A DNA stretch of 64,000 bases, from positions 2,567 to 66,566 of the forward strand of contig CASFDA010000010.1 in NCBI GenBank assembly GCA_949293335.1, read 5' to 3'. Both the position numbers and the translations under genes were made by a program. Every line of letters starts with the position of its first letter. Positions within the stretch are counted from its first letter, which is position 1. Source of the DNA: an uncultured Spirochaetales bacterium (GTDB lineage: Bacteria > Spirochaetota > Spirochaetia > Sphaerochaetales > Sphaerochaetaceae). The notes below the pieces were generated by a model that saw nothing but the letters and a program-made list of their open reading frames with translations, made no database searches and was not told where the DNA came from. Below, piece after piece: positions 37,901 through 47,425 of the stretch.

Positions 37901-38755
37901 GTGAAAAGCAAGATTTTGATCCGCAGAATGCTTCACAGCCCGTTCTTCATGGTAGGAGCAGTGGTTGTTGCAATTATACTTCTTCTGGTAATCTTCGGGC
38001 CGCTGTTCCTTCCGTATAATCCTGAGCAGAGTTCCCTTACAGAAACATTCAGAGCTCCGGAAGGATTTAGCAGAGGGCTCGAGGGGCACATACTTGGTAC
38101 TGATGAGCTTGGACGTGATGTCCTGATGCGACTTCTGGTCGGCGGACGTTATTCTCTGGTCATCGCAATCTCTGTTGTCATTATAATGGTAATATTTGGT
38201 ACCGTAATGGGAATAATATCTGGGTATGCTGGTGGTATTGTAGATTCAATCATCATGCGCCTTTGTGATATCGTCCTTGCAATACCGAACTTGATACTTG
38301 CCATTGTATTCATGGCGGTTATGGGCATAAGTGTTACGAACCTTATATTCGTCCTAGCCTTTGCAGGATGGGTTGAGTGTTGCCGTGTCACAAGAAACAA
38401 TGTTCGTGTTTTGAAGAATCAGGATTTTGTCAAAGCATCTGTTTCTCTGGGAGCTTCCCACATGCACATAATGTTTACTCAGATATTGCCGAACGTAACT
38501 ACCCCGATAATCATTCTGGCAAGCCAGAAGATCGGTTTCACGATCCTTCTGGAAGCAGCGCTGTCGTTCCTCAGCTTGGGAATCCAGCCACCGATTCCTT
38601 CATGGGGAAATATGATCGCGAGCGGCAGGATGTTCATGACTATCTATCCATGGCTGGTCTTTGCTCCTGGAATCGCACTTATGTTCTGCGTTCTTGGATT
38701 CAACTTCCTTGGCGATGGACTGAGGGACATTCTTGACCCGAAGAAGAGGAGATGA
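37901..38755 (+). CDS. ABC transporter permease (DppC/OppC-like)
   Basis: 284 aa, 6 TM, with the conserved LGTDELGRDVL block of OppC/DppC. Confidence 0.9.
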   Translation: MKSKILIRRMLHSPFFMVGAVVVAIILLLVIFGPLFLPYNPEQSSLTETFRAPEGFSRGLEGHILGTDELGRDVLMRLLVGGRYSLVIAISVVIIMVIFGTVMGIISGYAGGIVDSIIMRLCDIVLAIPNLILAIVFMAVMGISVTNLIFVLAFAGWVECCRVTRNNVRVLKNQDFVKASVSLGASHMHIMFTQILPNVTTPIIILASQKIGFTILLEAALSFLSLGIQPPIPSWGNMIASGRMFMTIYPWLVFAPGIALMFCVLGFNFLGDGLRDILDPKKRR

Positions 38756-39729
38756 AGATGGCTACGGATAAGTTATTGGAGATAAAGGATCTTGAGGTAT
38801 GCTTCAAGACCGAACAGGCTATGGTATATGCACTTAACGGCATAAATCTGACCATAAACAGCGGTGAGTCGATCGGCCTTGTCGGCGAATCTGGTGCTGG
38901 CAAGACAACAACTGCACTTGGAATTCTGAATCTTCTTGCGCAGAACGCGATCATAAAAGGTGATGTTCTCTTCCATGGCAAGTCAATGTTCCAGATGAAG
39001 AAGGAACTGACTAACATCAGGGGATCGAAGATATCCATGATCTTCCAGAACCCTCTGACTGCACTCAACCCTGTCTTCACAGTAGGAGAGCAGATAGCAA
39101 TGGTACTTCGTGCCCATAAGCACCTGAACAGGAAGGAAGCAATGAAAGGGGCAGGGGAACTTCTCGAACTTGTAGGAATCCCCGCATACAGGATCCACGA
39201 TTACCCGAACCAGTTCTCCGGCGGAATGAGGCAGCGTGTTGGAATCGCAGCCAGCCTCGCATGTAATCCTGAACTCTTGATTGCTGATGAACCTACCACT
39301 GCGCTTGATGTGACAGTACAGGCTCAGATCCTTGAGCTGATGAAGGACCTGCAGAAGAAGTACTCGACAAGTCTTCTCATGATCACGCACAACCTCGGAA
39401 TCATCTCAGAGCTTTGCGAGAAAGTTGTCGTCATGTATGCGGGAAAATTCATTGAATACGGTCCTGTCAGCAAAGTTTTCGCAAATCCGATGCACCCATA
39501 TACGAGGGGACTGCTTGGTGCTTTGCCGAAACTGACTGGAGAGAAGAAGAGACTGGCAGCAATACCAGGAAGGATAGCCGATCCGCAGAATCTGCCACTG
39601 GGGTGCGAATTCAATCCCAGATGCCAGCATTGCCTTGAAAGATGCCGCTGTGAAAAACCGGTACTTGTTGAAGTCGAGGAAGGACATTTCTGTGCTTGCT
39701 TCAACATGGAAAGGGGAGGTGAGGAATGA
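38752..39729 (+). CDS. ABC transporter ATP-binding protein (DppD/OppD-like)
   Basis: Walker [10 protein letters not shown], signature [12 protein letters not shown], Walker [13 protein letters not shown], and a Cys-rich C-terminal oligo_HPY-type extension ([17 protein letters not shown]). Confidence 0.9.
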   Translation: MKMATDKLLEIKDLEVCFKTEQAMVYALNGINLTINSGESIGLVGESGAGKTTTALGILNLLAQNAIIKGDVLFHGKSMFQMKKELTNIRGSKISMIFQNPLTALNPVFTVGEQIAMVLRAHKHLNRKEAMKGAGELLELVGIPAYRIHDYPNQFSGGMRQRVGIAASLACNPELLIADEPTTALDVTVQAQILELMKDLQKKYSTSLLMITHNLGIISELCEKVVVMYAGKFIEYGPVSKVFANPMHPYTRGLLGALPKLTGEKKRLAAIPGRIADPQNLPLGCEFNPRCQHCLERCRCEKPVLVEVEEGHFCACFNMERGGEE

Positions 39730-40757
39730 GTGACGGAAAGACACTGATTGAGGCGAAGAACCTCAAGAAATACTTCAAGATAGATTCAAAGAAGACTCTG
39801 CATGCAGTCGATGATATATCGTTTTCGATAAATGAAGGTGAGACACTTGGTCTTGTTGGCGAATCAGGCTGTGGCAAAAGCACGGTTGGAAACGTTGTCA
39901 TGCGTCTTCTTCCTGCATCAGGTGGACAGCTTCTGTACAAAGGGAAGGATATCTTCAAGCTCAACAAGAAAGAGAGCTTTGACATCCGCAAGAAGATGCA
40001 GATCATTTTCCAGGATCCGTATTCATCCCTGAACCCGAGGAAGACTGTTTATGAAATTCTTTCTGAAGCGTTCAAGATCCATCGCGAAGGAAATGAAAAG
40101 CAGATCAAGGAGAAGCTGGACAGAGTTTGCGATATGGTCGAACTTTCCTCTTCACTCCTTCATCTCTATCCGCATGAGCTTGATGGAGGAATGCGCCAGG
40201 TCGTCGGAATCGCGAGGGCGTTGTCCCTTGGCCCTGATTTCATAGTATGCGATGAACCAGTATCTGCATTGGACGTATCTGTCCAGGCGAGGATCATCAA
40301 CCTCCTGATGGATATCCAGAGCAAGTACAACCTTTCGTATCTTTTCATATCCCATGACTTGAGCGTAGTCCGTCATATTTCCAAGAGGATTGCCGTCATG
40401 TATCTGGGAAGATTCGTCGAGATAGCAAATGCTGAAGATATATTTTCCGATGCAAGGCATCCATATGCGATCGCTCTTCTTTCTGCGGTTCCTGTCGTGT
40501 CGATAGACAAGAAGGTATCGAGGATCATTCTCGAGGGTGATGTGCCATCTCCGATCAACCCAAAGCCTGGCTGCCGTTTCGCATCCCGCTGCTGGATGAG
40601 GCATGAGCGTTGCACCCAAGAAGAGCCGCCACTAGTGGAGGTTGCTCCGGGACACTGTGTCGCATGCTTCTATGCGAACGAATCACGTGAGAATTCACTT
40701 CATGCAAAGACCAGGAGTCTTGATGACAGAAAGGAGGTCATTGATGGGATTCAATGA
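39726..40757 (+). CDS. ABC transporter ATP-binding protein (DppF/OppF-like)
   Basis: Walker A GESGCGKST, signature LDGGMRQVVGIAR, Walker B FIVCDEPVSALD, C-terminal GCRFASRC...C block. Confidence 0.9.
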   Translation: MSDGKTLIEAKNLKKYFKIDSKKTLHAVDDISFSINEGETLGLVGESGCGKSTVGNVVMRLLPASGGQLLYKGKDIFKLNKKESFDIRKKMQIIFQDPYSSLNPRKTVYEILSEAFKIHREGNEKQIKEKLDRVCDMVELSSSLLHLYPHELDGGMRQVVGIARALSLGPDFIVCDEPVSALDVSVQARIINLLMDIQSKYNLSYLFISHDLSVVRHISKRIAVMYLGRFVEIANAEDIFSDARHPYAIALLSAVPVVSIDKKVSRIILEGDVPSPINPKPGCRFASRCWMRHERCTQEEPPLVEVAPGHCVACFYANESRENSLHAKTRSLDDRKEVIDGIQ

Positions 40758-42066
40758 ATCCTCGTATCCATCTGATCTGAAGATAACCGACATGAAGATA
40801 TGCCGCATCTCCGGAGTCCCGATGGAATGCTCGATTCTGAAACTTGAGACAAATCAGGGCATATGCGGCTATGGTGAAGTCCGTGATTTCGCTTCTCCTG
40901 AATATGCATTTTCCCTTATGCGTCACCTGATCGGCAAGAATCCATGCTCTGTCAAGCGTCTTGTAGAGTCGATCAAGCAGTTTGGCGGGCATGGAAGGAA
41001 AGGAGGAGGGGTCAGCGGAATCGAAGTTGCGCTCCTCGACCTTGCCGGCAAGGCATACGGCGTTCCTGCCTATCAGCTCCTTGGAGGCAAATACAGGGAC
41101 AAGGTAAGGCTCTATGCGGATACGGATGTTTCCGGGAAAAATGATTCTTCCAGTATGGCAGAAGCATTGAAAAGGCGTATGGATGCTGGATTTTCGATGC
41201 TGAAGATGGATCTTGGAGTCGACCTTCTCCTTGATGTTCCCGGTGCCCTGAGTGCCCCTTCTGGCTGGATAGAGAAGATGAAGGAGTCTGATAAAGAAGA
41301 TATCTCGTTTGGTTTTGCAAGTGACAGCGAGATATCAATAATGGATATTCCCCATCCTTTCACCATGCTCAGGATCACCGAGAAAGGCCTTGATTTCCTG
41401 GAAGAGTATGTGAGGAACATCCGGCAGGAGATCGGTTATGAAGTCCCTCTCGCGATAGATCATGTCGGCCACATCGGATATGGCAACGTGATCCAGCTTG
41501 CAAAACGTCTGGAGAAATATTCCCTGGCCTGGATTGAAGATCCTGTTCCATGGTTCTATACAAAGCAGCTTAGAAGGATAAGCAGGGAGACAAGCATTCC
41601 AGTCTGTACGGGTGAGGATATATATCTTCGCGATGGCTTCCAGTCCCTCTTTGATGAGAATGCAGTCTCGGTTATCCATCCGGATGTGCTGACAGCAGGT
41701 GGTATGTATGAGACTTCATCGATCATAGAAGAAGCCGGAAGACATGGGGTAGCAGCATGTCTGCATATGGCTGAAACGCCGGTAGGGTGCATGGCTGCTA
41801 TGCATGTTGCCGCTGCTGCGGGGAAGAACTTCGTCGCCCTTGAGTTCCACTCGTTCGATATCCCGTGGTGGGAGAGAATCGTGAAAGGCGGACGCGGAAA
41901 GATCATCTCCGATGGTTATATCGATGTTCCTGATGCTCCCGGCATTGGGATTGGGGAACTCGATGACGACGTGCTTGATGAGCATAGGAAGGATAAGGAA
42001 GGACCTCTTTGGGTCTCTGCGAATTCTTATCCGAGCTATTGGTCGCACGATCGGATCTGGAGCTGA
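40744..42066 (+). CDS. enolase-superfamily acid-sugar dehydratase (GalD/ManD-like)
   Basis: Metal-ligand pattern AIDHVGH / WIEDP / TGED, then HPD...LHM (Asp-His dyad). N-terminal capping domain GYGEVRD. Start at ATG 40744 behind AAAGGAGG; the track extension back to 40642 would overlap the ATPase by 116 nt. Confidence 0.75.
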   Translation: MGFNESSYPSDLKITDMKICRISGVPMECSILKLETNQGICGYGEVRDFASPEYAFSLMRHLIGKNPCSVKRLVESIKQFGGHGRKGGGVSGIEVALLDLAGKAYGVPAYQLLGGKYRDKVRLYADTDVSGKNDSSSMAEALKRRMDAGFSMLKMDLGVDLLLDVPGALSAPSGWIEKMKESDKEDISFGFASDSEISIMDIPHPFTMLRITEKGLDFLEEYVRNIRQEIGYEVPLAIDHVGHIGYGNVIQLAKRLEKYSLAWIEDPVPWFYTKQLRRISRETSIPVCTGEDIYLRDGFQSLFDENAVSVIHPDVLTAGGMYETSSIIEEAGRHGVAACLHMAETPVGCMAAMHVAAAAGKNFVALEFHSFDIPWWERIVKGGRGKIISDGYIDVPDAPGIGIGELDDDVLDEHRKDKEGPLWVSANSYPSYWSHDRIWS

Positions 42067-42090
42067 TCGGAAGAAAAAAGGAGGAAACAG

Positions 42091-42741
42091 ATGAATGACA
42101 AGGATATGTTCGAACTGATGAAGGAGAAGCTCTATACCCCCGTATTGGGTGACATTCTCGATGCTATGGGCTATTCGCATCAGTTCCTTCCGGCATACAT
42201 ACAGCCACTTGATGACAAGATGAAGATTGCAGGCAGGGTATGTACGGTTCTCGAGTACGATGTATATCAGGCGCAGGAAAAGGCCTTTGGCTATCTTACT
42301 GAGGCTCTTGACCAGCTTCAGCCCAATGATGTTTTTGTCGCGACTGGAGCGCATAATAGTGCACTCTGGGGCGAATTGCTCACAGCAACAGCCAAGGCAC
42401 GCGGTGCAGTTGGCGCTGTCTTGGATGGTTATACAAGGGATACTCCTCAGGTCCTCTCACAGAATTTCCCTGTTTTTGCAAAAGGACGATGGGCCCAGGA
42501 TTCGTCAATCAGGACTTATGTTGCCCAGTATCGATGTCCTATCGAGATCGGGGGAGTTGTCATCCACGATCAGGATGTGATCTTCGGCGATATTGACGGA
42601 TGCCTGATAGTCCCTCAGGAAATTGCAGTGGAGGCTGTTGAAAAAGCACTTGAGAAAGCTGCAGGCGAAAAGAAAGTACGGAAAGCCATTGAGGGCGGAA
42701 TGTCAGCAACAGAAGCTTTCAAGAAATTCGGAATTCTTTGA
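42091..42741 (+). CDS. RraA-family protein (class II pyruvate aldolase / oxaloacetate decarboxylase-like)
   Basis: GELLTATAKARGAVGAVLDGYTRD block typical of the RraA/HMG-CHA aldolase family. 216 aa. Confidence 0.75.
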   Translation: MNDKDMFELMKEKLYTPVLGDILDAMGYSHQFLPAYIQPLDDKMKIAGRVCTVLEYDVYQAQEKAFGYLTEALDQLQPNDVFVATGAHNSALWGELLTATAKARGAVGAVLDGYTRDTPQVLSQNFPVFAKGRWAQDSSIRTYVAQYRCPIEIGGVVIHDQDVIFGDIDGCLIVPQEIAVEAVEKALEKAAGEKKVRKAIEGGMSATEAFKKFGIL

Positions 42742-42756
42742 AAAGGAGATGAGAAA

Positions 42757-43716
42757 ATGATGAATGTAGTCATGACCGACGCTCAGTATGAGTCGGTCGA
42801 GATCATAAGAAGCAAAATCGAGGAAGCTGGAGCTTCATTCAAATTATGCAATTGCAAGGACGAGGAGGAGATACTCAGGGAGACTGAATACGCAGATGTT
42901 GTCCTCTGCCATTTCGACCAGATCAATCGCCGTGTAATTGAGAATCTGAAGAAGTGCAAGGCCATCATCAGGGGCGCTGTCGGAGTGGATAACATCGACA
43001 TCCAGGCTGCAACAGATTGCGGCATTCCAGTTGTGAATGTTCCTGATTACGGCAGGGCCGATATTGCCGATCATGTGCTGATGTTTGCCCTTGCCGCATC
43101 AAAGAAGGTCTTCACGCTCGACAGGGAAGTCAAGGAAGGCAAGTGGACATATTATTCAGCGAAGCCTGTCCACCGGTTCTCATCGAAGACAGTAGGTCTT
43201 CTTGGATTTGGAGGCATCTCGCAACTCGTTGCAAAAAGGCTTCCGGCTTTTGGCTGCAATGTCCTTGCCTACGACGCTTTCCTCGATGTCGATGCCATTG
43301 GAATTCCCGGGATAAAGAAGGCCTCGTATGACGAAGTCCTATCCCAGAGCGACATAATCTCGATCCACGTTCCACTCAACAGCGAGACAAGGAAGATGAT
43401 CAACAAGGATGCCTTTGGAAAGATGAAGGATGGAGTGATGATCATCAATACTGCCAGAGGTGGAATCATCGATGAAAGTGATCTCTGCGATGCACTTGCA
43501 TCGGGAAAAGTTTCTGCTGCGTGCCTCGATGTGCTCGAGACAGAAAGCGCGGATGTGAATAATCCATTGTTCAAGTTCGACAATGTGATCGTCACCCCTC
43601 ATAGTGCTTGGTATTCTGAAGAATCGGTCAATATCCTCCTCAATTCCATCGCCGACGAAGCGATCAGGGCAATCAGGGGAGAGGCACACCGACATGTTGT
43701 CAATGGCATCAGGTGA
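42757..43716 (+). CDS. D-isomer-specific 2-hydroxyacid dehydrogenase (PGDH/CtBP-like)
   Basis: GLLGFGGISQLVAKRL (GxGxxG), ARGGIIDE, LDVLETE, TPHSAWYS (catalytic His). Confidence 0.85.
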   Translation: MMNVVMTDAQYESVEIIRSKIEEAGASFKLCNCKDEEEILRETEYADVVLCHFDQINRRVIENLKKCKAIIRGAVGVDNIDIQAATDCGIPVVNVPDYGRADIADHVLMFALAASKKVFTLDREVKEGKWTYYSAKPVHRFSSKTVGLLGFGGISQLVAKRLPAFGCNVLAYDAFLDVDAIGIPGIKKASYDEVLSQSDIISIHVPLNSETRKMINKDAFGKMKDGVMIINTARGGIIDESDLCDALASGKVSAACLDVLETESADVNNPLFKFDNVIVTPHSAWYSEESVNILLNSIADEAIRAIRGEAHRHVVNGIR

Positions 43717-43726
43717 GGGCAATCGT

Positions 43727-44494
43727 ATGGAGAATATGCGTAATCCATTCGACATGAGTGGCAGAGTCGCGATCATCACTGGTGGTGCCACTGGCCTTGG
43801 ACTTGGAATGACGAAGGCTCTGATAGGATTCGGCTGCCGTGTTGTCATGATGGGACGGAGGGAAGAAGTCCTTAAGAAATCGGCAGAGGAACTTGGCCCT
43901 CTTGCTGATTACTTCCGCCTGGATGTCACGGACACAGAAGGCATCAAGAATGCTGTCTCATATGTCAGGGACAAGTATGGACGGATTGATGTTCTAATAA
44001 ATGACGCAGGAATACAGTTCAAGAGCCGCGCGGAAGAGGCAGGAATCGATGAGTTCAGGAAAACACTGGATGTTCACCTGACAGGGGCATTCGCAATGAC
44101 GCAGGCCTGTTTGCCGACGATGGAAAAACAGGGCAAGGGCAGCGTGATCTTCATCTCGTCGATGGCAGGCCATATGGGACTTACGTATCTTGCTGCATAC
44201 TCGGCTGCCAAGGCAGGTGTGACAGGGCTTGTCATGAATCTTGCAAGTGAAGTTTCGCACACAGGTGTCAGGTTCAACGCAATCGTCCCTGGCTGGATAG
44301 AGTCACCGATGCTCCTTGCTTCTATGGGCAAGGATGTTCCACGGCAGCAGAAGATTCTCGGCAGGACGCCACTCGGGAAATTCGGTGACCCGATGGACAT
44401 AGGATGGGCAGCACTTTTCCTTGCCTCCGATGCATCTAGCTTCATCACAGGTCAGTCGATTGTCGTTGATGGCGGCGCACTGATTGGATTTTGA
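43727..44494 (+). CDS. SDR-family oxidoreductase (KduD / gluconate 5-dehydrogenase-like)
   Basis: GRVAIITGGATGLGLGM (TGxxxGxG), YSAAKAG (YxxxK). ATG 43727 lies behind AGGTGAGGG; the track start at 43604 overlaps the upstream gene. Confidence 0.85.
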   Translation: MENMRNPFDMSGRVAIITGGATGLGLGMTKALIGFGCRVVMMGRREEVLKKSAEELGPLADYFRLDVTDTEGIKNAVSYVRDKYGRIDVLINDAGIQFKSRAEEAGIDEFRKTLDVHLTGAFAMTQACLPTMEKQGKGSVIFISSMAGHMGLTYLAAYSAAKAGVTGLVMNLASEVSHTGVRFNAIVPGWIESPMLLASMGKDVPRQQKILGRTPLGKFGDPMDIGWAALFLASDASSFITGQSIVVDGGALIGF

Positions 44495-44507
44495 GAAGGA
44501 GGTTTTC

Positions 44508-45584
44508 ATGTTACCAGATAAAAGAAAAGCAATGATGCTTACAGGCATAAGGAAGATGGGCGAAGCAGTCCTGGACATGCCTGAGTATGGACCGGATGAT
44601 GTTCTTGTCAAGATCGCGTCTATCGGCATTTGCGGATCAGACCTTGTCTATTATGCAAAGGGCGGATCGACTTTCGCCAAAATAAAATATCCCCATATCC
44701 TTGGGCATGAGGCTGCAGGCTATGTCGTGGCAAAGGGAAAGAATGTAAAAGGACTGGAAATAGGAGACAGGGTTACTCTTGAACCTGGAGTGCCTTGCGG
44801 AGATTGCGAGGTCTGTCGTGAAGGCAAGTACAATCTTTGTCCGGATGTCTCGTTCATGGGCATACCAATATATCGTCCCTACAGTGAAGGTGCTCTGATC
44901 GAGTATACGGTAAGGCCAGCATCCTGGGTCTACAAGCTTCCTGAGAATGTCACTATGGAGGAGGGTGCGATGATCGAGCCTCTTGCTGTGGGCATGGAAG
45001 CTGTCAGCAAGGCAAAAGCAGACATCAAGGACAGGGCACTGATCCTTGGTTGCGGACCTATTGCGCTTTGCGTGATGCTCTCTCTCTTTGCACATGGAAT
45101 CCGCGAGGTCTATGCCGTGGATATCGTCCAGAAACGTGTTGACTATGCAAAGAAACTTGGATTGGAAAACGGATTCACCCAACTTGGTGATGAAGAGATA
45201 AAGTACATCATGGAAAAGACAGGTGGACATGGCGTCGATATCATTTTTGATACCACTGACTACATTCCTCTTGTAAACAAATCGATGGATGCGATGGCCA
45301 AATCTGGTAGGGTCGTGCTTATCGGAGTTCCACATGATGACTTGATAAACATAAATCACAGGGAACTTTTCATGAGGGAGGCGAGTCTAATCACGTCGTT
45401 CAGGTATGTGAACAAGTACCAGACATGCATACGGCTCGTTGCCAGCGGTCAGATCCCGATCGGAAAGATCATTACGCATCGCTTCGATTTTTCCGATGCG
45501 AACGAGGCAATGGAGGTCTGTCTCAACAAGGAAGATGCTTCGGGCATCGTCGAAAAAGCAGTCATAAACATCAGATGTGAATGA
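44508..45584 (+). CDS. zinc-dependent medium-chain dehydrogenase (sorbitol / L-idonate 5-dehydrogenase-like)
   Basis: GICGSDLVYY, GHEAAGYVV, structural-zinc CGDCEVCREGKYNLC. ATG 44508 lies behind GAAGGAGG. Confidence 0.85.
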   Translation: MLPDKRKAMMLTGIRKMGEAVLDMPEYGPDDVLVKIASIGICGSDLVYYAKGGSTFAKIKYPHILGHEAAGYVVAKGKNVKGLEIGDRVTLEPGVPCGDCEVCREGKYNLCPDVSFMGIPIYRPYSEGALIEYTVRPASWVYKLPENVTMEEGAMIEPLAVGMEAVSKAKADIKDRALILGCGPIALCVMLSLFAHGIREVYAVDIVQKRVDYAKKLGLENGFTQLGDEEIKYIMEKTGGHGVDIIFDTTDYIPLVNKSMDAMAKSGRVVLIGVPHDDLININHRELFMREASLITSFRYVNKYQTCIRLVASGQIPIGKIITHRFDFSDANEAMEVCLNKEDASGIVEKAVINIRCE

Positions 45585-45632
45585 TCTGAGTTTTGATAAT
45601 CATGCAATTTATACTTCCAGGAGGTTATAGCT

Positions 45633-46283
45633 ATGAAGTATGACGAGGAGTTTTTGAGAAAAAACTTGTATTCAGGAATTATTTGCGACGTCCTTGATCA
45701 GCTCGGATATCGCAATCAGGCACTTGGACCGGATTTCAGAATCCTCAATCCCGATGAGGTGCTTATCGGAAAGGCTTTTACCAGCATCGGAACTGAGGTC
45801 TACACAATGCCGGAAAGTCCATTGACGGCACAGTGCAAGGTCATCGACCAGCTGAAAGAGGGTGAGATTTACGTTCTTGCCACACGCGGAAAATACAATT
45901 GCGCAATCTTCGGAGAACTTTTGGCCACAGCTGTCCAGGCAAAAAAAGGCAAAGGCGCTCTGATCGATGGGTACGCAAGAGATCTCAAGCAGCTCAAGGA
46001 AATCCAGTTCCCTCTCTTCTATAAGGGTAACGTACCTACGACAAGTAAGGGAAGATGTGAAGTTACAGAATGTCAGGTTCCTATCATCATTGATGGCGTG
46101 ACGATCAAGCCGGGCGATTATATCTTCGCAGACATCGATGGAGTTGCGATCATTCCATCTGAAGTCAAGGACGAGGTTTTCGAGAAGGCGATGGAGATCG
46201 TACAGAAAGAGAATCATGTCAGGGAAGATCTCCTGAATGGAGCTAAGCTGGCTGATACTTACGCCAAGATCGGAGCAATCTGA
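45633..46283 (+). CDS. RraA-family protein, second paralogue
   Basis: GELLATAVQAKKGKGALIDGYARD. 216 aa, collinear with 42091..42741. Confidence 0.75.
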   Translation: MKYDEEFLRKNLYSGIICDVLDQLGYRNQALGPDFRILNPDEVLIGKAFTSIGTEVYTMPESPLTAQCKVIDQLKEGEIYVLATRGKYNCAIFGELLATAVQAKKGKGALIDGYARDLKQLKEIQFPLFYKGNVPTTSKGRCEVTECQVPIIIDGVTIKPGDYIFADIDGVAIIPSEVKDEVFEKAMEIVQKENHVREDLLNGAKLADTYAKIGAI

Positions 46284-46379
46284 TTCTTTCCATTCATCAA
46301 GAGATATTGGTGAATTCGGGAGAGGTCTTTTCATAAAGGATCTCTCCCTGTATTTCAAGCATGAAAAAGGAGAAATGCA

Positions 46380-47414
46380 ATGTCTGGGAAATATGTAACG
46401 TTCGGAGAAATAATGCTCCGTCTGAAGAGCCCGGAGAGACAGAGGTTCTTCCAGTCTCCGGTTCTAGAGGCAACGTTTGGAGGCGGAGAGGCGAATGTCG
46501 CTGTTTCTCTGTCTTTCTTCGGGGATGATGTATCTTTCGTGAGTGCTGTTCCCGATAACGCGATTGGCGAAGGATGTCTGCGCGAATTGATGAAGTACGG
46601 GGTGGACATATCCGCAATCAATAAAGTGAAGGATTCACGTCTTGGCGTATATTATCTTGAGACAGGAGCAAACCAGCGTCCTTCTTTGGTTGTGTATGAC
46701 AGGAGTGGATCTGCAATTTCGAATGCAAAGCCATCTGATTTCGATTTCGATGGAATCATGAAGGATGCGAAGTGGTTCCATGTAACAGGAATCACCCCTG
46801 CAATCAGTCAGAGCGCCGCAGATTGTGCCCTTTCTGCAATGAAAGCTGCAAGGAAGGCTGGCGCCAAGGTCTCAATTGACCTCAATTACAGGAAGAAGTT
46901 ATGGAAATACGGCAAGTCTGCAGTCGAAGTCATGCGCGAACTTACCAAATATGCAGATGTGGTGATCGCAAATGAGGAAGATATACAGAAGTGCCTGGGT
47001 ATAGAAGCAGATAGCGATGTAACGAGCGGCGAGCTTGATACAAAGGTATATCAGAAGCTTGCTGAAGAGGTTAAGAAGGAATTCAGCAATGTTTCTGTAG
47101 TGGCAATAACGCTCAGGGAAAGTAAATCTGCAGACAGGAATGGATGGTCTGCCGCTCTTTCCGGAAAAACCGGATTCTATCTTTCTCGTCACTATGACAT
47201 CACAGATATAGTGGACAGGGTAGGCGGAGGAGATTCCTTTGCAGCAGGAATAATCCATGCCCTTTCACACTCTGATGATGAGCAATATGCAATCAACTTT
47301 GCTGTGGCCGCTTCATGCCTCAAGCATTCGATCGATGGTGACTTCAACCTCACTAGGCTCAGTGAAGTAGAGGCGCTATGCAAAGGCGATGGAAGCGGAA
47401 GGGTACAAAGGTAA
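46380..47414 (+). CDS. kdgK: 2-dehydro-3-deoxygluconokinase (PfkB family)
   Basis: FGGGEANVAVSLSFFG near the N-terminus and DRVGGGDSFAAG (PfkB signature 2). 344 aa. Confidence 0.8.
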   Translation: MSGKYVTFGEIMLRLKSPERQRFFQSPVLEATFGGGEANVAVSLSFFGDDVSFVSAVPDNAIGEGCLRELMKYGVDISAINKVKDSRLGVYYLETGANQRPSLVVYDRSGSAISNAKPSDFDFDGIMKDAKWFHVTGITPAISQSAADCALSAMKAARKAGAKVSIDLNYRKKLWKYGKSAVEVMRELTKYADVVIANEEDIQKCLGIEADSDVTSGELDTKVYQKLAEEVKKEFSNVSVVAITLRESKSADRNGWSAALSGKTGFYLSRHYDITDIVDRVGGGDSFAAGIIHALSHSDDEQYAINFAVAASCLKHSIDGDFNLTRLSEVEALCKGDGSGRVQR

Positions 47415-47425
47415 GGAGGACTGAT

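Noticed and set aside
40642-40743. Upstream extensions of track ORFs (40642, 43604, 44484, 47378, 52800, 55309, 56338, 30362, 19732, 8626, 35160)
   Set aside because: The track takes the most upstream ATG/GTG/TTG. In each case an internal ATG preceded by a GGAGG-like RBS removes an implausible overlap with the upstream gene and restores a family-typical N-terminus.
41716-46358. Long minus-strand ORFs (41716..42354, 43339..43848, 44637..45359, 45672..46358) opposite the catabolic genes
   Set aside because: Each is fully covered by a plus-strand gene with clear family motifs and RBS-supported starts. None of the translations shows a recognisable motif.
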